Part shown: positions 10,397 through 20,569 of the stretch, piece after piece
Numbering within the stretch: position 1 is the first letter of the stretch
Layout of the letters: the number at the start of each line of letters is the position of its first letter
Sequence record: ON062054.1
Source: Escherichia phage P818
Reading direction: 5' to 3' (one strand)
Length of the DNA: 49,175 bases
Notes under the pieces: model-generated
The model's database searches: none
The model's input: the letters and a program-made list of their open reading frames with translations, nothing else
Told to the model about the DNA's origin: nothing
Program-made: the position numbers and the translations under genes

Positions 10397-10744
10397 CTAC
10401 ACCGCTGTGAAGGCTTCTACAATGGTGCATTTTACGACAAGAAGGCCTCGACCGATTGGCTGAGTATTCAGCGTGTCAGGCTTCAATAGGAAGACGCCGA
10501 TCTTGTCCTCCGGTGGGGTAAAGGCAAAGGCTTTCAGTCTGTGCGATCGCAAAAATTCGCGCACTTCTTTCCAGTCCTTGCCAACGTAACTGATTGCGTA
10601 CTCTCGTCGCTCAGTGTTGTAGCCAGACGATGCAACCTGGCGGAATCCATTACCAAACTGCACCTGCCTGTCATTGTTGGTGACGGTCATCACGCCGCCA
10701 CCATCCTGAACCTGTACGCACCACTTGAAAACGTCTAGGGCCAT
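10397..10744 (-). CDS. Minor tail protein (lambda M-like)
   Basis: 115 aa directly downstream of the tape measure gene. Confidence 0.5.
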   Translation of the reverse strand: MALDVFKWCVQVQDGGGVMTVTNNDRQVQFGNGFRQVASSGYNTERREYAISYVGKDWKEVREFLRSHRLKAFAFTPPEDKIGVFLLKPDTLNTQPIGRGLLVVKCTIVEAFTAV

Positions 10745-10747
10745 TTA

Positions 10748-13654
10748 TTACGCTCCTGCTTTTCCGTTGATGTAATTGTAAACTTCGCCACCCTGGGAGC
10801 ATGATTCCTGAATCATTTGCTTGAAAATCATTTTCACGCCTTGCTCCATACCCTTCGGATCGCTACCGTTATTGATGCTAACAGGGATGCTACCAATTGT
10901 CACGCCGCCAGCCATGATTGCACCGCCACCGCCGCCACCGCTTGAAGTTCCACCAACCATCCCACCATTCGCATAACCGCGCATCATTCGATAAAGGTTA
11001 TCGACGCCAATTCGCTTGGTAGCTTCCTTGGTCATGACAAACTCACCTTTATGAACCGTGCCCGCTGGCTCATACTTACCGCCATCTCCGGTATAGCCGC
11101 CAGTGGCGAACCAACCTGAGTTGGCGAAGGAGAAACCCTTGCCGCCGCCGCCCATCATGCCTGACAGTGAGTTAAAGATTACCATCTGCGTGATCATCTT
11201 AATGATCTGGCTGATAATGCTCTTTGCAAAGTCAGCAAAGTTTGCTTGTCCAGTCATCAAAAACTCAGTCATCATATCTGACAAACCGTTCAGGGAGTTA
11301 GTTGCGATGTCATATACGTTTCCGTACATATCCGTTGCGCTATCTCCGTAGTCCGCAAATGCTTTCTGCGCACCAGCCAGCCAATCTCCACGAAGCTGAT
11401 CCTCTTGTGCATAATACTCCTTCTGCTTATCAAGCATATTATTCAGCGCCTGGTCATCCTCCCCGCCGCCTTTAGCCATGTAATCAGCTTTAATTCTCTC
11501 AAGCTGAAGCTGCCTTTCAGCTTCACGAGTACCCATGGACCTTGTCTCGTTCAGAGCCTTGCTGGCTGCGTCCATCTGCATGATGAACTTCATTGAATCA
11601 TCATTCAGCTTGTTTATTCTCTCCTGAGCAACAATCTGATCACCAAGTTCAGCCTTTTCCTTAGCTAGAGAGAGAACCTTCTGCTGACTGGCGAGCAATG
11701 CCTTTTCCTCATTTGTTAGCTTGCGCTTAGCCTGAGCATCCTGCAGGATTGCAATCTGTGCTTCTGTTGACCACAGTGCCTTCCTCTGACTTGAGATCTT
11801 GTCGTTAATAGACGTATGCTCTTGCAATGTTTTAAGCTGGGCCTTGAGAACGTAAAGCTCTTTATCAAGCTGCTCTGTTGCTCCTTTCGTTATCCTATCT
11901 TTCTTATTCCTCTTCCTGTTTTCCTCTTCAATCTTTTTAGCTTCTTCCGCTATTGCATCTTTTGTTTCCTTGCTGTATTGCTTCTCCATATCGCGTCGGT
12001 TCTTGAGAGCGTTGATGTAACCCATTTCGCCCTTTTCTACTCGCGCGTTAATCACGTCCAGATCTTTTGCTAATCCTTCATACGTCTCCTTTGAGCCTTT
12101 AGCAATCGACTCTTGCTGCGAGAGAATATCCTTACCGAAATCATCCAGCCCAGGAAGGCTCTGCGTTGCCTTTATTGCCGAAGCAATAAAGTTGGAGATG
12201 TATTCGTCACCTTTGGCGAGAATCATTTTAACCTGAATTACCGTTCCGCTAACCACGTCAATTATTAGGTTAAGAGCGCCAAGAGTGTGATCACCAACCC
12301 AACCCCAGGCATCGGATGCCCACTTCTTAATGTCATTCCACATCTTTTCAAGCGGCGTTGCTGTATCTGCAATCTTGCTCATTCTCTCCTCCATGACATC
12401 TGCAAATATCTTAGTTGCCTCCGTCACGGCTTCGGTTTCGCCTTTTGTTTTGACAATCCCGTTAATATAAGTCAGTTGGCCTTTTTCAAGGAAGTTGTAC
12501 TGCTCATTCAGCTTCGCCAGGCCTTTCACCGGATCATCTGCAATCTTGTCGAAGTCCTTAATAATATCGCTTGATGCTCGGCCTGTAGCGGCTGACCATT
12601 CAGCGGTGGTGCGGGTAATATTCCTGATTTGGTCTTGGGTATATTTCCCACTCTTAGCAAGTTCAGTAGCAATATCACGAACAGTTCCGATGGTGGCGTT
12701 ACCAGTTTCTGCAATCTTGGTAGCGATCCGGTCGAGTTCTGCGGCGCTAGATGCAGCGAATCCACCAGTTTCAATCAAGGCGTTTTTCATGTCACTGATA
12801 TTACGGTAGGAGTCGTAACCAGCTTTAGCCAGGCCAGCAAGTGCGATACCCATCGCAGTCATTCCAACAGTAACCGGATTCAGGTACGAAAGCAAAACCT
12901 TGAACGTGTTACCAACGCCGCCGAATGAGTCCTTGATCTGCCCACCTTGCTGAACTGCAACTAGCCATACTGGCATACCTGAGGCGAGCGATGTAACCAC
13001 GTCCGTGATCTGAGCCGGAAGCATTCGCATGGCGTTCTTGTACTCACCAGCGGAAAGGCCAGCCGCATTTGTCGCTACAGTCTGCTTGTTCATCGCTGCG
13101 ATTAAAGGCGCGGCCTGAGTCGAAACGCCAAGCTGTGCCGCCTTCAATTCGAGGAGTTCAGCCCTGGTCATTGTCGCAGCGTTAGCTTGTTCTTGCAGTG
13201 ATTTAAGGAACCTGTCAGCGTCCTTTGTTGCCGCCTCTTTGGCTTTTGAGTTAGCCATAGCCGCACGGCCTTCTTCGGTCAGCGCCATCTTGGATCGGTT
13301 AAGCGCATTGATCTGAGTTTCAATCATGCTTGACAGATTGAAGAACTCGGCGTCTGGAACTAGGCCTTTACTCCAGAGGTTATCCAGGTCAACGCTCGCC
13401 TTCTGCAACTGGCGCATTTTTCCGATTGTAGGATCAATGGCTTTCTCTACGTCGGCAAATTCTTTCTTCTGGCGCTTAACCTCGTTGTTGAACTCTTTCA
13501 TCTTCTGCTTTGCTACTTGCTCAGCATCAATGAAATTGTCAAAGCTCTTTCCGGCTGTGTTGTTCGCTCTGGATAAGTCATCCAGAGATTTAACCGCCGC
13601 ATCAACCTGGGATACGTCAACCCCAAGCGATAGCCCTGCAAATTTATCTGTCAT
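10748..13654 (-). CDS. Tail tape measure protein
   Basis: 968 aa; long coiled-coil regions, internal hydrophobic segment, Gly-rich C-terminus. Confidence 0.9.
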   Translation of the reverse strand: MTDKFAGLSLGVDVSQVDAAVKSLDDLSRANNTAGKSFDNFIDAEQVAKQKMKEFNNEVKRQKKEFADVEKAIDPTIGKMRQLQKASVDLDNLWSKGLVPDAEFFNLSSMIETQINALNRSKMALTEEGRAAMANSKAKEAATKDADRFLKSLQEQANAATMTRAELLELKAAQLGVSTQAAPLIAAMNKQTVATNAAGLSAGEYKNAMRMLPAQITDVVTSLASGMPVWLVAVQQGGQIKDSFGGVGNTFKVLLSYLNPVTVGMTAMGIALAGLAKAGYDSYRNISDMKNALIETGGFAASSAAELDRIATKIAETGNATIGTVRDIATELAKSGKYTQDQIRNITRTTAEWSAATGRASSDIIKDFDKIADDPVKGLAKLNEQYNFLEKGQLTYINGIVKTKGETEAVTEATKIFADVMEERMSKIADTATPLEKMWNDIKKWASDAWGWVGDHTLGALNLIIDVVSGTVIQVKMILAKGDEYISNFIASAIKATQSLPGLDDFGKDILSQQESIAKGSKETYEGLAKDLDVINARVEKGEMGYINALKNRRDMEKQYSKETKDAIAEEAKKIEEENRKRNKKDRITKGATEQLDKELYVLKAQLKTLQEHTSINDKISSQRKALWSTEAQIAILQDAQAKRKLTNEEKALLASQQKVLSLAKEKAELGDQIVAQERINKLNDDSMKFIMQMDAASKALNETRSMGTREAERQLQLERIKADYMAKGGGEDDQALNNMLDKQKEYYAQEDQLRGDWLAGAQKAFADYGDSATDMYGNVYDIATNSLNGLSDMMTEFLMTGQANFADFAKSIISQIIKMITQMVIFNSLSGMMGGGGKGFSFANSGWFATGGYTGDGGKYEPAGTVHKGEFVMTKEATKRIGVDNLYRMMRGYANGGMVGGTSSGGGGGGAIMAGGVTIGSIPVSINNGSDPKGMEQGVKMIFKQMIQESCSQGGEVYNYINGKAGA

Positions 13655-13665
13655 AAAACCCCCAT

Positions 13666-13690
13666 ACGAAAAAAGCGCCCGTAGGCGCTA
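13666..13690 (-). terminator. Hairpin/attenuator between chaperone and tape measure genes
   Basis: AGCGCCCGTAGGCGCT palindrome with flanking T/A runs. Confidence 0.45.
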
Positions 13691-14319
13691 TTATTTTTTG
13701 TGCATCTGCTTAAGCGCTTCCGCTTCCATCACACGCACATCATTTAAGGCCATTTCTTCACAATCTATTTTATAGATTCGAAATAGCATAGGCAAGACAT
13801 TATAATCAAGCCCGTAAGCTCCGGCTCCGGCAGATCTCCATTGCGTTTGCATCGCGGTGAATACTTCCCATGACTGGTATGTTTCCTCGTCGAACTGCAA
13901 TATCTCCGGCTCTTCGTTGTCGTAGTCTTCACGGGTTAATCCGTATGCCTCAAGCTCTGAGTCGGTGGGCGCTCGCCTGAATAATAGCTCGACCGCCCGT
14001 TTTAGTTTTTTACTCGGTAGCCAGCCAGCGCTTGAGTGTAGGTTGAGATCAGGCCACCAACAACGGCAGGGTAACTATCAACAAGCTTATTGATGTTTTC
14101 ATCATTGAACTCGTCCTCAAGTTCCCACCCGCTAGCCAGGGATTTTACAAACTGAGCGCCAGTCTGTTTTTCTGCATTTTTCAGCGTGGCGTTAAGTTCG
14201 GATGACGTTAGCGCCTTGACAGTGAATGAAAACGAAGCTTCAACGCCGTTCGGCAATACGAATTTAACCGGAAGCGGGAAGTCTGGCAGGCGTTCAGATA
14301 GGGTTACTTTAAAGCTCAT
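13691..14319 (-). CDS. Tail assembly chaperone fusion (G-T-like) by predicted -1 frameshift
   Basis: The -1 frame is open from the slip site at the 3' end of the 14002-14319 ORF through 13691. Confidence 0.5.
14002..14319 (-). CDS. Tail assembly chaperone (lambda G-like)
   Basis: 105 aa between major tail and tape measure genes; ends with slippery heptamer. Confidence 0.6.
   Translation of the reverse strand: MSFKVTLSERLPDFPLPVKFVLPNGVEASFSFTVKALTSSELNATLKNAEKQTGAQFVKSLASGWELEDEFNDENINKLVDSYPAVVGGLISTYTQALAGYRVKN
14005..14011 (-). other. Slippery heptamer A_AAA_AAC (programmed -1 frameshift site)
   Basis: Minus-sense GTA AAA AAC TAA; plus-strand GTTTTTT at 14005-14011. Confidence 0.5.
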
Positions 14320-14392
14320 GGTTTTTTCCTCTTTGTTTGAATTGGTGATATTAAATCACAAATAAAAAAAGGGGACAATAGCCCCCCTTGCA

Positions 14393-15064
14393 TTACTCAG
14401 ATTCTTTCATGTGCGTGTATTTGCCATCAAGCGAGATGGTCAGAATGGTCGTTTCATCTTCGTTCATCACCGTGTTAGGGATGTCATCGAAAGATGGCGT
14501 ACCGGAGAACGTGCGGATAGGATAGCTCGCTTTAGGTACAAACATTCGCATAGCGCGGGTCTTGCCGTCTTCGTCGTAACCAATCAGTAGCTGAGTGATT
14601 GGGTTGGAGTAGTCGAAGTCGAACGTATACGCGATGGACGTCGCAGATTTAAAGGTCGGGATCTGCTTTTCACGGTCATCTGAAAGACACTGCTTGGTAT
14701 AGAACTGCTGCTCGCCACCAGATTTTGCGATGTCGCTCACGCATGGAATCTCAATCCAGCTTTCGATCTTAACGAAGGTGGAGGCGCCGCCAGCGGGGAA
14801 CTTGTTAAGGTCAGCCGTGGAAGTGCTCTTATCGCCTTCAAGCGTGATTGATGTGTCGCTAACCACTTCTTTTACGCGCATTACGCGGTTTTTAAATGCA
14901 GCCCACACGCTTTCCAGCACCAGGACGTAATCGCCTTTCACAATGCCAGTGGTTGACGCAACAGTCGCCACCGGATTTTCTGCGTTGCTAACTGCCGTAG
15001 CTTCAATCTCGGTAGCGGATCGGGTCTGCTCAATAAAGATTTGGGAACCGTTAGGAAGTGCCAT
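14393..15064 (-). CDS. Major tail protein
   Basis: 223 aa; strong AAGGAG RBS; position upstream of chaperone/tape measure. Confidence 0.6.
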   Translation of the reverse strand: MALPNGSQIFIEQTRSATEIEATAVSNAENPVATVASTTGIVKGDYVLVLESVWAAFKNRVMRVKEVVSDTSITLEGDKSTSTADLNKFPAGGASTFVKIESWIEIPCVSDIAKSGGEQQFYTKQCLSDDREKQIPTFKSATSIAYTFDFDYSNPITQLLIGYDEDGKTRAMRMFVPKASYPIRTFSGTPSFDDIPNTVMNEDETTILTISLDGKYTHMKESE

Positions 15065-15077
15065 AGTTAATGCTCCT

Positions 15078-15479
15078 TTATTCGTCGTGTTGTACTGTGA
15101 AGCGGATTGGAATTAACCAGCCTCTTTGTGATTTCTGCACGGGCTTTTGGCTCGCGCCTTCAAAAATAAAACCTACAGAAAGGATTTTACCATCTTCGAA
15201 GAAATTAGCAATTTCTTTCGCCAGCTTGCGTGCGTCATCCATGCCAGTATCAGGCGAAAAAACAATGCCAATCTGTACAAGGCCACGAATCCTGATACAC
15301 TTCCGGCTCAGAGACTTATACGTCTTCTCTGCCGGAATGTAATCAAACTTCAACCACGTAGAGCCATCATCAGGCTCGGTGAATGACACGTTCTCATACA
15401 TGATCGGGAATCGACTACCAAACTCACCATAAAGCGCCTTGCGCGCCGCGACCGCCAGGTCATAATCGTCATAAACCAT
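15078..15479 (-). CDS. Tail/neck protein (possible tail terminator)
   Basis: 133 aa; start refined to ATG with AGGAAT RBS, 11-nt overlap with upstream gene. Confidence 0.4.
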   Translation of the reverse strand: MVYDDYDLAVAARKALYGEFGSRFPIMYENVSFTEPDDGSTWLKFDYIPAEKTYKSLSRKCIRIRGLVQIGIVFSPDTGMDDARKLAKEIANFFEDGKILSVGFIFEGASQKPVQKSQRGWLIPIRFTVQHDE

Positions 15480-15912
15480 TTTTATTCCTTGATTCAATAA
15501 TTGCTTCTGCCATGTAAGATCTCAACCGGATAGCCACTAGACCAAGAACACCAGCGGGAGCTTGCTGTGAATGTCCATACTCCAGAGCATTTGCATAGAT
15601 CAGCATGTTAGAAAAATAGATGGTAGTTACCGCGCCGCCACGACCTAACGGCAATGCGTTAGCTGTTCGTATGCCTGCTGCAATGGTAGCGTTACCGGAT
15701 TTATCATACTCATTCAGCGCGTACATTGGGATGTGATTATAGGTTATCTGCCAGTTAGCTCTAAAGCGACCTGTATCAACTGGTGAGCCTTTGACTAAAT
15801 CGGCGTGTACAGCCTTGACGAACTCACGAATAACGTCATCAAGGCCTGATTTTACCTGCTTAATCCACTTCTCTATATCTCCCTGGAATTTCCTGACGAT
15901 ATAGTTAGCCAT
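15469..15912 (-). CDS. Neck / tail completion protein
   Basis: 147 aa; 8-nt overlap (ATGGCTAA) with upstream gene. Confidence 0.4.
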   Translation of the reverse strand: MANYIVRKFQGDIEKWIKQVKSGLDDVIREFVKAVHADLVKGSPVDTGRFRANWQITYNHIPMYALNEYDKSGNATIAAGIRTANALPLGRGGAVTTIYFSNMLIYANALEYGHSQQAPAGVLGLVAIRLRSYMAEAIIESRNKNGL

Positions 15913-16285
15913 GCGCCGCTACCTTACGCAAAATAGGGCGGTATGCGATAACGTGAGATTGAGTCGGGTTAACTGGTCGATTGTCAACTACGCGCCAGTG
16001 CTGGCCCTCAAGGATGATAATCATCCCGTTCTCAATCGGTGTAACGTTAGAGAAGAATGCCCGCTTGTCGCCCAGCTTGATAGATTCGCCATCAATCATG
16101 TGATAGCTGATCGCTCGCACAGCGCCGAACACTTTACCTCGAACCTCCGGCACTTTCACCTCTTCGCCGTCAACCATTTGGACACCGCCACCAGAGATGA
16201 TGATGTCTAATCCGACCTCATCGTTTCCAGAGAAGGCATTAATCCCCTGATCGGTAAGTCTTTGGATTTCATTATAATCAATCAT
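15905..16285 (-). CDS. Head-tail joining protein
   Basis: 126 aa; start refined to ATGA overlap with upstream gene. Confidence 0.4.
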   Translation of the reverse strand: MIDYNEIQRLTDQGINAFSGNDEVGLDIIISGGGVQMVDGEEVKVPEVRGKVFGAVRAISYHMIDGESIKLGDKRAFFSNVTPIENGMIIILEGQHWRVVDNRPVNPTQSHVIAYRPILRKVAAHG

Positions 16286-16695
16286 CGCACGCACCCCCGC
16301 GTCCGTATGCCAGAGATAAGGCCGAAGCCACCGCCTTTCTTCTTGTTAAGAACGTCGAACATCTTACCCCATGGGGTTTGTGTAATCTGACGCCCGTCAG
16401 TGTTCTGAGTTACAGAGCCGTAGCCAGTGGAAAATTCACCGCTCAGGGAGAATGACGTTACTCGCCGTGAGTAGTTCTCCAGACTTTCATTCTCTCCCTT
16501 CATTGCACCATCCAAAAACATCAAGTGCATGGTGTACAGTGCCAGCGCTTTGTAATAATCCTTACCGAATTTATTCTTGCACACAAAGGATTCAGCCAGC
16601 ACCATCCACGCAAGAAATGTTGCAGGATCAACCTTCTTTAATGCTGGGGCTAGTTGGCACATAAACTCGAAAGCCTTAGTCTGATCTTCATTCAT
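16282..16695 (-). CDS. Head-tail adaptor / head completion protein
   Basis: 137 aa; start at MNEDQ with GGAGG RBS after a terminator hairpin. Confidence 0.4.
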   Translation of the reverse strand: MNEDQTKAFEFMCQLAPALKKVDPATFLAWMVLAESFVCKNKFGKDYYKALALYTMHLMFLDGAMKGENESLENYSRRVTSFSLSGEFSTGYGSVTQNTDGRQITQTPWGKMFDVLNKKKGGGFGLISGIRTRGCVR

Positions 16696-16711
16696 ATTTT
16701 GCCTCCACAAT

Positions 16712-16735
16712 CAAAAAAGGACCCATAAGGGTCCA
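16712..16735 (-). terminator. Intrinsic terminator
   Basis: Minus-sense GGACCCTTATGGGTCC followed by TTTTTT. Confidence 0.6.
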
Positions 16736-16740
16736 TTGAT

Positions 16741-16986
16741 TTAAACGGTCCCGCCGTTTTCAGCCTCAGGGATGCTCTTAGCCTCTTTCTTCCCTTTCTT
16801 CTTGCTATTAATTTCTTCGGCGATCTCTTTAGTCTTTGTTCGACTCTCTTCAACCTCAAGTCGACCTTCTGCGATCAGTCGCTTGTGAGAGTCATGAAGT
16901 TCTTCAACCTCAAAGAAATCACCAGGAAGAACCATTTTTTCAGGTGTAAAGATGATGCTTACGCTAATGTTTGTTAAACGAATCAT
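16741..16986 (-). CDS. Hypothetical small head-region protein
   Basis: 81 aa; AGAGGAG RBS. Confidence 0.4.
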   Translation of the reverse strand: MIRLTNISVSIIFTPEKMVLPGDFFEVEELHDSHKRLIAEGRLEVEESRTKTKEIAEEINSKKKGKKEAKSIPEAENGGTV

Positions 16987-17032
16987 TTACTAACTCCTCT
17001 TGTTTGAATTGATTAAATTCTACATTAACCAA

Positions 17033-17060
17033 AATAAAAAAGCCACCAATTAAGGTGGCC
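17033..17060 (-). terminator. Intrinsic terminator after major capsid gene
   Basis: Minus-sense GCCACCTTAATTGGTGGC followed by TTTTTTATTTT. Confidence 0.65.
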
Positions 17061-17066
17061 TTTATT

Positions 17067-18014
17067 TTAAGCGGCTGTGATACCCTTCATCACAGCAATG
17101 GTCAGCGGTCGGTAGATTACCAAGCCAGTAGTTTTGGATGTAACAGGCACTTTGAAGTGCAGATCTTTCGGCTGCATAGGCAGCGCGTTAGTTGCCTCAG
17201 GGATCTCAATGCTCATGTTCATCGGATCGTATTCGTAAGCCAGTGCAGCTTTGCCACCTGCGCCATCGTAATCATCAAGAAGCGCCAGATACTGTAGTTC
17301 AACGCCTGGGTTGTTCTTAGTGTACAGCTCTTGATAACTAACTGTGGTATTCGGTGCCAGTTGCTGCATCAGGCGACGCATTGAAGCAGGCAGAAGAATA
17401 CGGTTTGCGCGGTGGAATCCTTGAGTTGCAGTCTCGATACTGTCGATAAGACGAGTAATATCGTTGCTCGCAACTTCTGGGCTTGTCCATGCACCAGTAG
17501 GCGTTACCTGGTTTACGTTGGAAGCCTCGAACACGCTCTTAATGCCATGCGGAGCGGAACCTTTCCATACCAGCTTATCAAGCAGGTTATCGTGAGCCTC
17601 AAAGGCAACGTTTTGCTTGCGAGTCTGCAGGCTGCTACCGAGCGCCGCGCCAGCTTTGATTTCGTCAATGGAGATCAGGTAGGCGTTACCGAAACGGAAT
17701 ACTTTACCTTGCTTCTCTGTCATCAACGCATCAACCAGCGGCAGGTCGTCAGAGTAATCTGCGACAATCTGCGCCACACCTACTGCGTCCAGTTCAGGGT
17801 ACTCGAAATACTTAGCATGGCTAGGGATCTCGTTGCTAACAGGGAACAGGTTAACTACGGATGTAGTAGGGTAATCACGCTCGTAGACACGCTTCAACTG
17901 AGCGGTTAACTGCTTAACAGTCCAGATACCAACAGCGTCAGCCTTATCAACGCCGGAGCGGCGAAGGTGGCTAGTGATTTCGTTTAGTTCGAAAGAGTCT
18001 AATTTCATGGTCAT
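17067..18014 (-). CDS. Major capsid protein
   Basis: 315 aa; flanked by own promoter-like element and terminator. Confidence 0.7.
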   Translation of the reverse strand: MTMKLDSFELNEITSHLRRSGVDKADAVGIWTVKQLTAQLKRVYERDYPTTSVVNLFPVSNEIPSHAKYFEYPELDAVGVAQIVADYSDDLPLVDALMTEKQGKVFRFGNAYLISIDEIKAGAALGSSLQTRKQNVAFEAHDNLLDKLVWKGSAPHGIKSVFEASNVNQVTPTGAWTSPEVASNDITRLIDSIETATQGFHRANRILLPASMRRLMQQLAPNTTVSYQELYTKNNPGVELQYLALLDDYDGAGGKAALAYEYDPMNMSIEIPEATNALPMQPKDLHFKVPVTSKTTGLVIYRPLTIAVMKGITAA

Positions 18015-18048
18015 TTTAAATTTCCTTTTGGGTTAATGTACGTGATTG

Positions 18049-18078
18049 ATTATACATTGCTGAGCCTGAGGATTGCAA
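18049..18078 (-). promoter_or_regulatory. Sigma70-type promoter with extended -10 for the capsid gene
   Basis: Minus-sense TTGCAA-16 bp-TGTATAAT. Confidence 0.5.
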
Positions 18079-18112
18079 TAGTGGGTAGAATCTTTATTTT
18101 ATCTTAATTGAT

Positions 18113-18135
18113 CAAAAAAACCTCCCGAAGGAGGT
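18113..18135 (-). terminator. Intrinsic terminator
   Basis: Minus-sense CCTCCTTCGGGAGG followed by TTTTTTT. Confidence 0.65.
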
Positions 18136-18152
18136 CTTTGTTTTTATACCAA

Positions 18153-18629
18153 TTACTTCTGCAGTAACTGAACTTCAACAAGCGCTGGCTCGCCAGACAC
18201 TGCATCAGCCGCCTGGAACCCGCCAGCTGCAGTACCAAGTGCAAAGTTTGAAACGTCAGCGGCGGTTGAACTTGCAATACCAGCTGCGTTAACGGTGACG
18301 GCTGAACCAAATGCTGGGGCAGCGCCTAAGCTGGTTTGAACCCATATTCGACCATGTGTCATTACGTTTGCCACCTGGTAATCATCAATATCACCAGCTG
18401 CACCGCCATAAGTTCCTTTTGGTGATTCGTAGTGCGATTTAACCAGAACGCCGTATACACTTTCAGCTGACGGAGAGGACAGGACTTTGTGACCATCAAC
18501 AACGGAGCTAACCCCAACAGCCGTACCAACCTGACGAACCAAGCCGGATGACATTGCACAAGCACCATCAATGTTATAAAGGGAAGTATCTGCGATCATG
18601 CCCGCAGTGGCTTGACGACGAATTGCCAT
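18153..18629 (-). CDS. Putative head decoration / accessory capsid protein
   Basis: 158 aa, Ala/Gly-rich; between scaffold/protease and major capsid genes. Confidence 0.4.
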   Translation of the reverse strand: MAIRRQATAGMIADTSLYNIDGACAMSSGLVRQVGTAVGVSSVVDGHKVLSSPSAESVYGVLVKSHYESPKGTYGGAAGDIDDYQVANVMTHGRIWVQTSLGAAPAFGSAVTVNAAGIASSTAADVSNFALGTAAGGFQAADAVSGEPALVEVQLLQK

Positions 18630-18641
18630 GATATTTTATCC

Positions 18642-19778
18642 TTACTTTTTGTTAATTAATTTTTTCAGTCGATCTTGCGGATCAAATGATTCGTTTTCTT
18701 TGACGTCAGACTTGTCGGCAGTGCCGAAAACCTTAACACGCTGAGCGGCCATTTTATCAGACTCTTTAGCCAAATCAAAGGCAGCTTCGATGTAAGAGTC
18801 AGATTTCTCTGCGGCATCAATACCTGAAACCTCCTTGATGTAGGCAACCTTAATTTCTTTCGCGCCAAGCCCATCGCACTTAATGCCAATTTCACCAGCA
18901 ATAGCAACCAGGCCAGCTAGTTCATCAGCGTCAGCTTTTGCTTTAGCAACAGCAGCTTCGATCTGCGCTGGAATGCCATCCACTTTAACTTTCAGAGCGT
19001 CGCGCTCAGCTTCAATTTCGCTAACCTTTTTATTTTTTGCATCTGCATCGGCCTTGATGGATGCGATGTGATCGGCTACTTCTTTGGATACTTCCACTTC
19101 TGCGGAATCAATTTTGATTTTTGCGGTCATTTTACTTTCCTCTTTGGGTAATTGAACATGCTCATCATATTTAATTTCTTCCGAGCCGTCAAGGTTTAAT
19201 CTGGCGATACCTGCGCGCCCATGCTTTACCTTGGCAACGTGGTTAGGGACGATGTTCGTTTGCAGTACATCGAACTCCTCCCACTCATCAGTCATGGGCG
19301 TTCCGTTAGGGAATTGCGCCGCCATACCTTCCGCGTCATCCTTGAAAACATACTCGCCAGTATTGACGTTTCCCCAGCCTTCGCGGTGGATGTCATTGGT
19401 CTTGTAACCAACTGATAATTCTGCTGCGTCGCCACGCTTGGCGGATTCAATTGATTCCCTGTCATGGATTACGATCGGACACTTCAAGCCAATTCCATCA
19501 CGGCGACCAGCGCCAGATAGTGAGCCAACAACAATCTTTCGCGCGTTGTCTGTGCTTACTTCCTGGTGGCCTTCTACGATCGGCATACCGCGAAATAGCT
19601 CCATGGCCTCAGCCTTGAACACTTCGTTAGCCGGACGGAACTCACGCTGCATTGTTCCATCAGATCGCATATATTCCTGAATACCGATTCGTGCAATGAT
19701 TGGCTCATCGTGCATGAATCCGTTCGAGTCAAAGCGTGCTTTCAGTTGCACGCTATCGTATCGTTGCTTAGTTGTCAT
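18642..19778 (-). CDS. Prohead protease / scaffolding protein
   Basis: 378 aa; globular N-terminal half, Ala/Lys/Glu-rich coiled-coil C-terminal half. Confidence 0.5.
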   Translation of the reverse strand: MTTKQRYDSVQLKARFDSNGFMHDEPIIARIGIQEYMRSDGTMQREFRPANEVFKAEAMELFRGMPIVEGHQEVSTDNARKIVVGSLSGAGRRDGIGLKCPIVIHDRESIESAKRGDAAELSVGYKTNDIHREGWGNVNTGEYVFKDDAEGMAAQFPNGTPMTDEWEEFDVLQTNIVPNHVAKVKHGRAGIARLNLDGSEEIKYDEHVQLPKEESKMTAKIKIDSAEVEVSKEVADHIASIKADADAKNKKVSEIEAERDALKVKVDGIPAQIEAAVAKAKADADELAGLVAIAGEIGIKCDGLGAKEIKVAYIKEVSGIDAAEKSDSYIEAAFDLAKESDKMAAQRVKVFGTADKSDVKENESFDPQDRLKKLINKK

Positions 19779-19787
19779 ATATTACCC

Positions 19788-20567
19788 TTATGTAATTGAT
19801 TGTGATTGTTTGCTGGTTGAGAAATCCGGAATTGCCCAACAACGGCAACCGTAAGGCTCCCCAGGGAAAGGATGGTCACTTGAGATCTCAATACGTTTAC
19901 CTTCCCATTTGACGTGCTGTAATCGCTCGCGCTCGTCTAACTTGCCATGCCAAAAATAGTGTGTTACTCCGGCATCGTCAAGGCGCTGACGCATCAGTAC
20001 ACTGTTCCAAGTGGATACAATTCCACGTGAGCGATTCACGGTCCATCCAGTATACACCTTGTAGCGCTGCTTTAAAACTTCATCAATCTGCTGACTGGTT
20101 TTATTGCGCACGTTTTCGACGCGTAGGTTTTGCGACCAGTCAGAGATGATGTCTCTCGCTAACTTTAAAATACTCGCCTCAGCCGAACCGCGCCATTGCG
20201 ATGACTTCTCGCGATACCATGACTCATTGGCATTCGCCCCCAGCACCCCAAGCAAGATTACAGACTGGTTCTTTCCGCCACCTGCCTTCTTAGCCACGCT
20301 GAGGAATTGCTTTGAGTTGAACTTGTATATAGTCAGGGCCAGTGCCGGAAGTGTGGCGACAATTGCTGCGATCATTCCGGCAGCGTATTCCTCTAGCTCA
20401 TCCTCTGCATCATTGATTTCTTCGTCCGAAGCGTCGAATCTCATCCCGCCAGTAAGCGATCTGGCTTTCTTTGCCATCTCGCCTGCGAAGGTTGACAATG
20501 AGCGGCTAAGCTGCCGCTCGCTTGCTTCGGGGTAACTCCATTGGTTTACAATGCCGTTAACCTTCAT
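19788..20567 (-). CDS. Minor head / head morphogenesis protein (Mu F-like)
   Basis: 259 aa directly downstream of the portal gene. Confidence 0.5.
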   Translation of the reverse strand: MKVNGIVNQWSYPEASERQLSRSLSTFAGEMAKKARSLTGGMRFDASDEEINDAEDELEEYAAGMIAAIVATLPALALTIYKFNSKQFLSVAKKAGGGKNQSVILLGVLGANANESWYREKSSQWRGSAEASILKLARDIISDWSQNLRVENVRNKTSQQIDEVLKQRYKVYTGWTVNRSRGIVSTWNSVLMRQRLDDAGVTHYFWHGKLDERERLQHVKWEGKRIEISSDHPFPGEPYGCRCWAIPDFSTSKQSQSIT

Positions 20568-20569
20568 GA

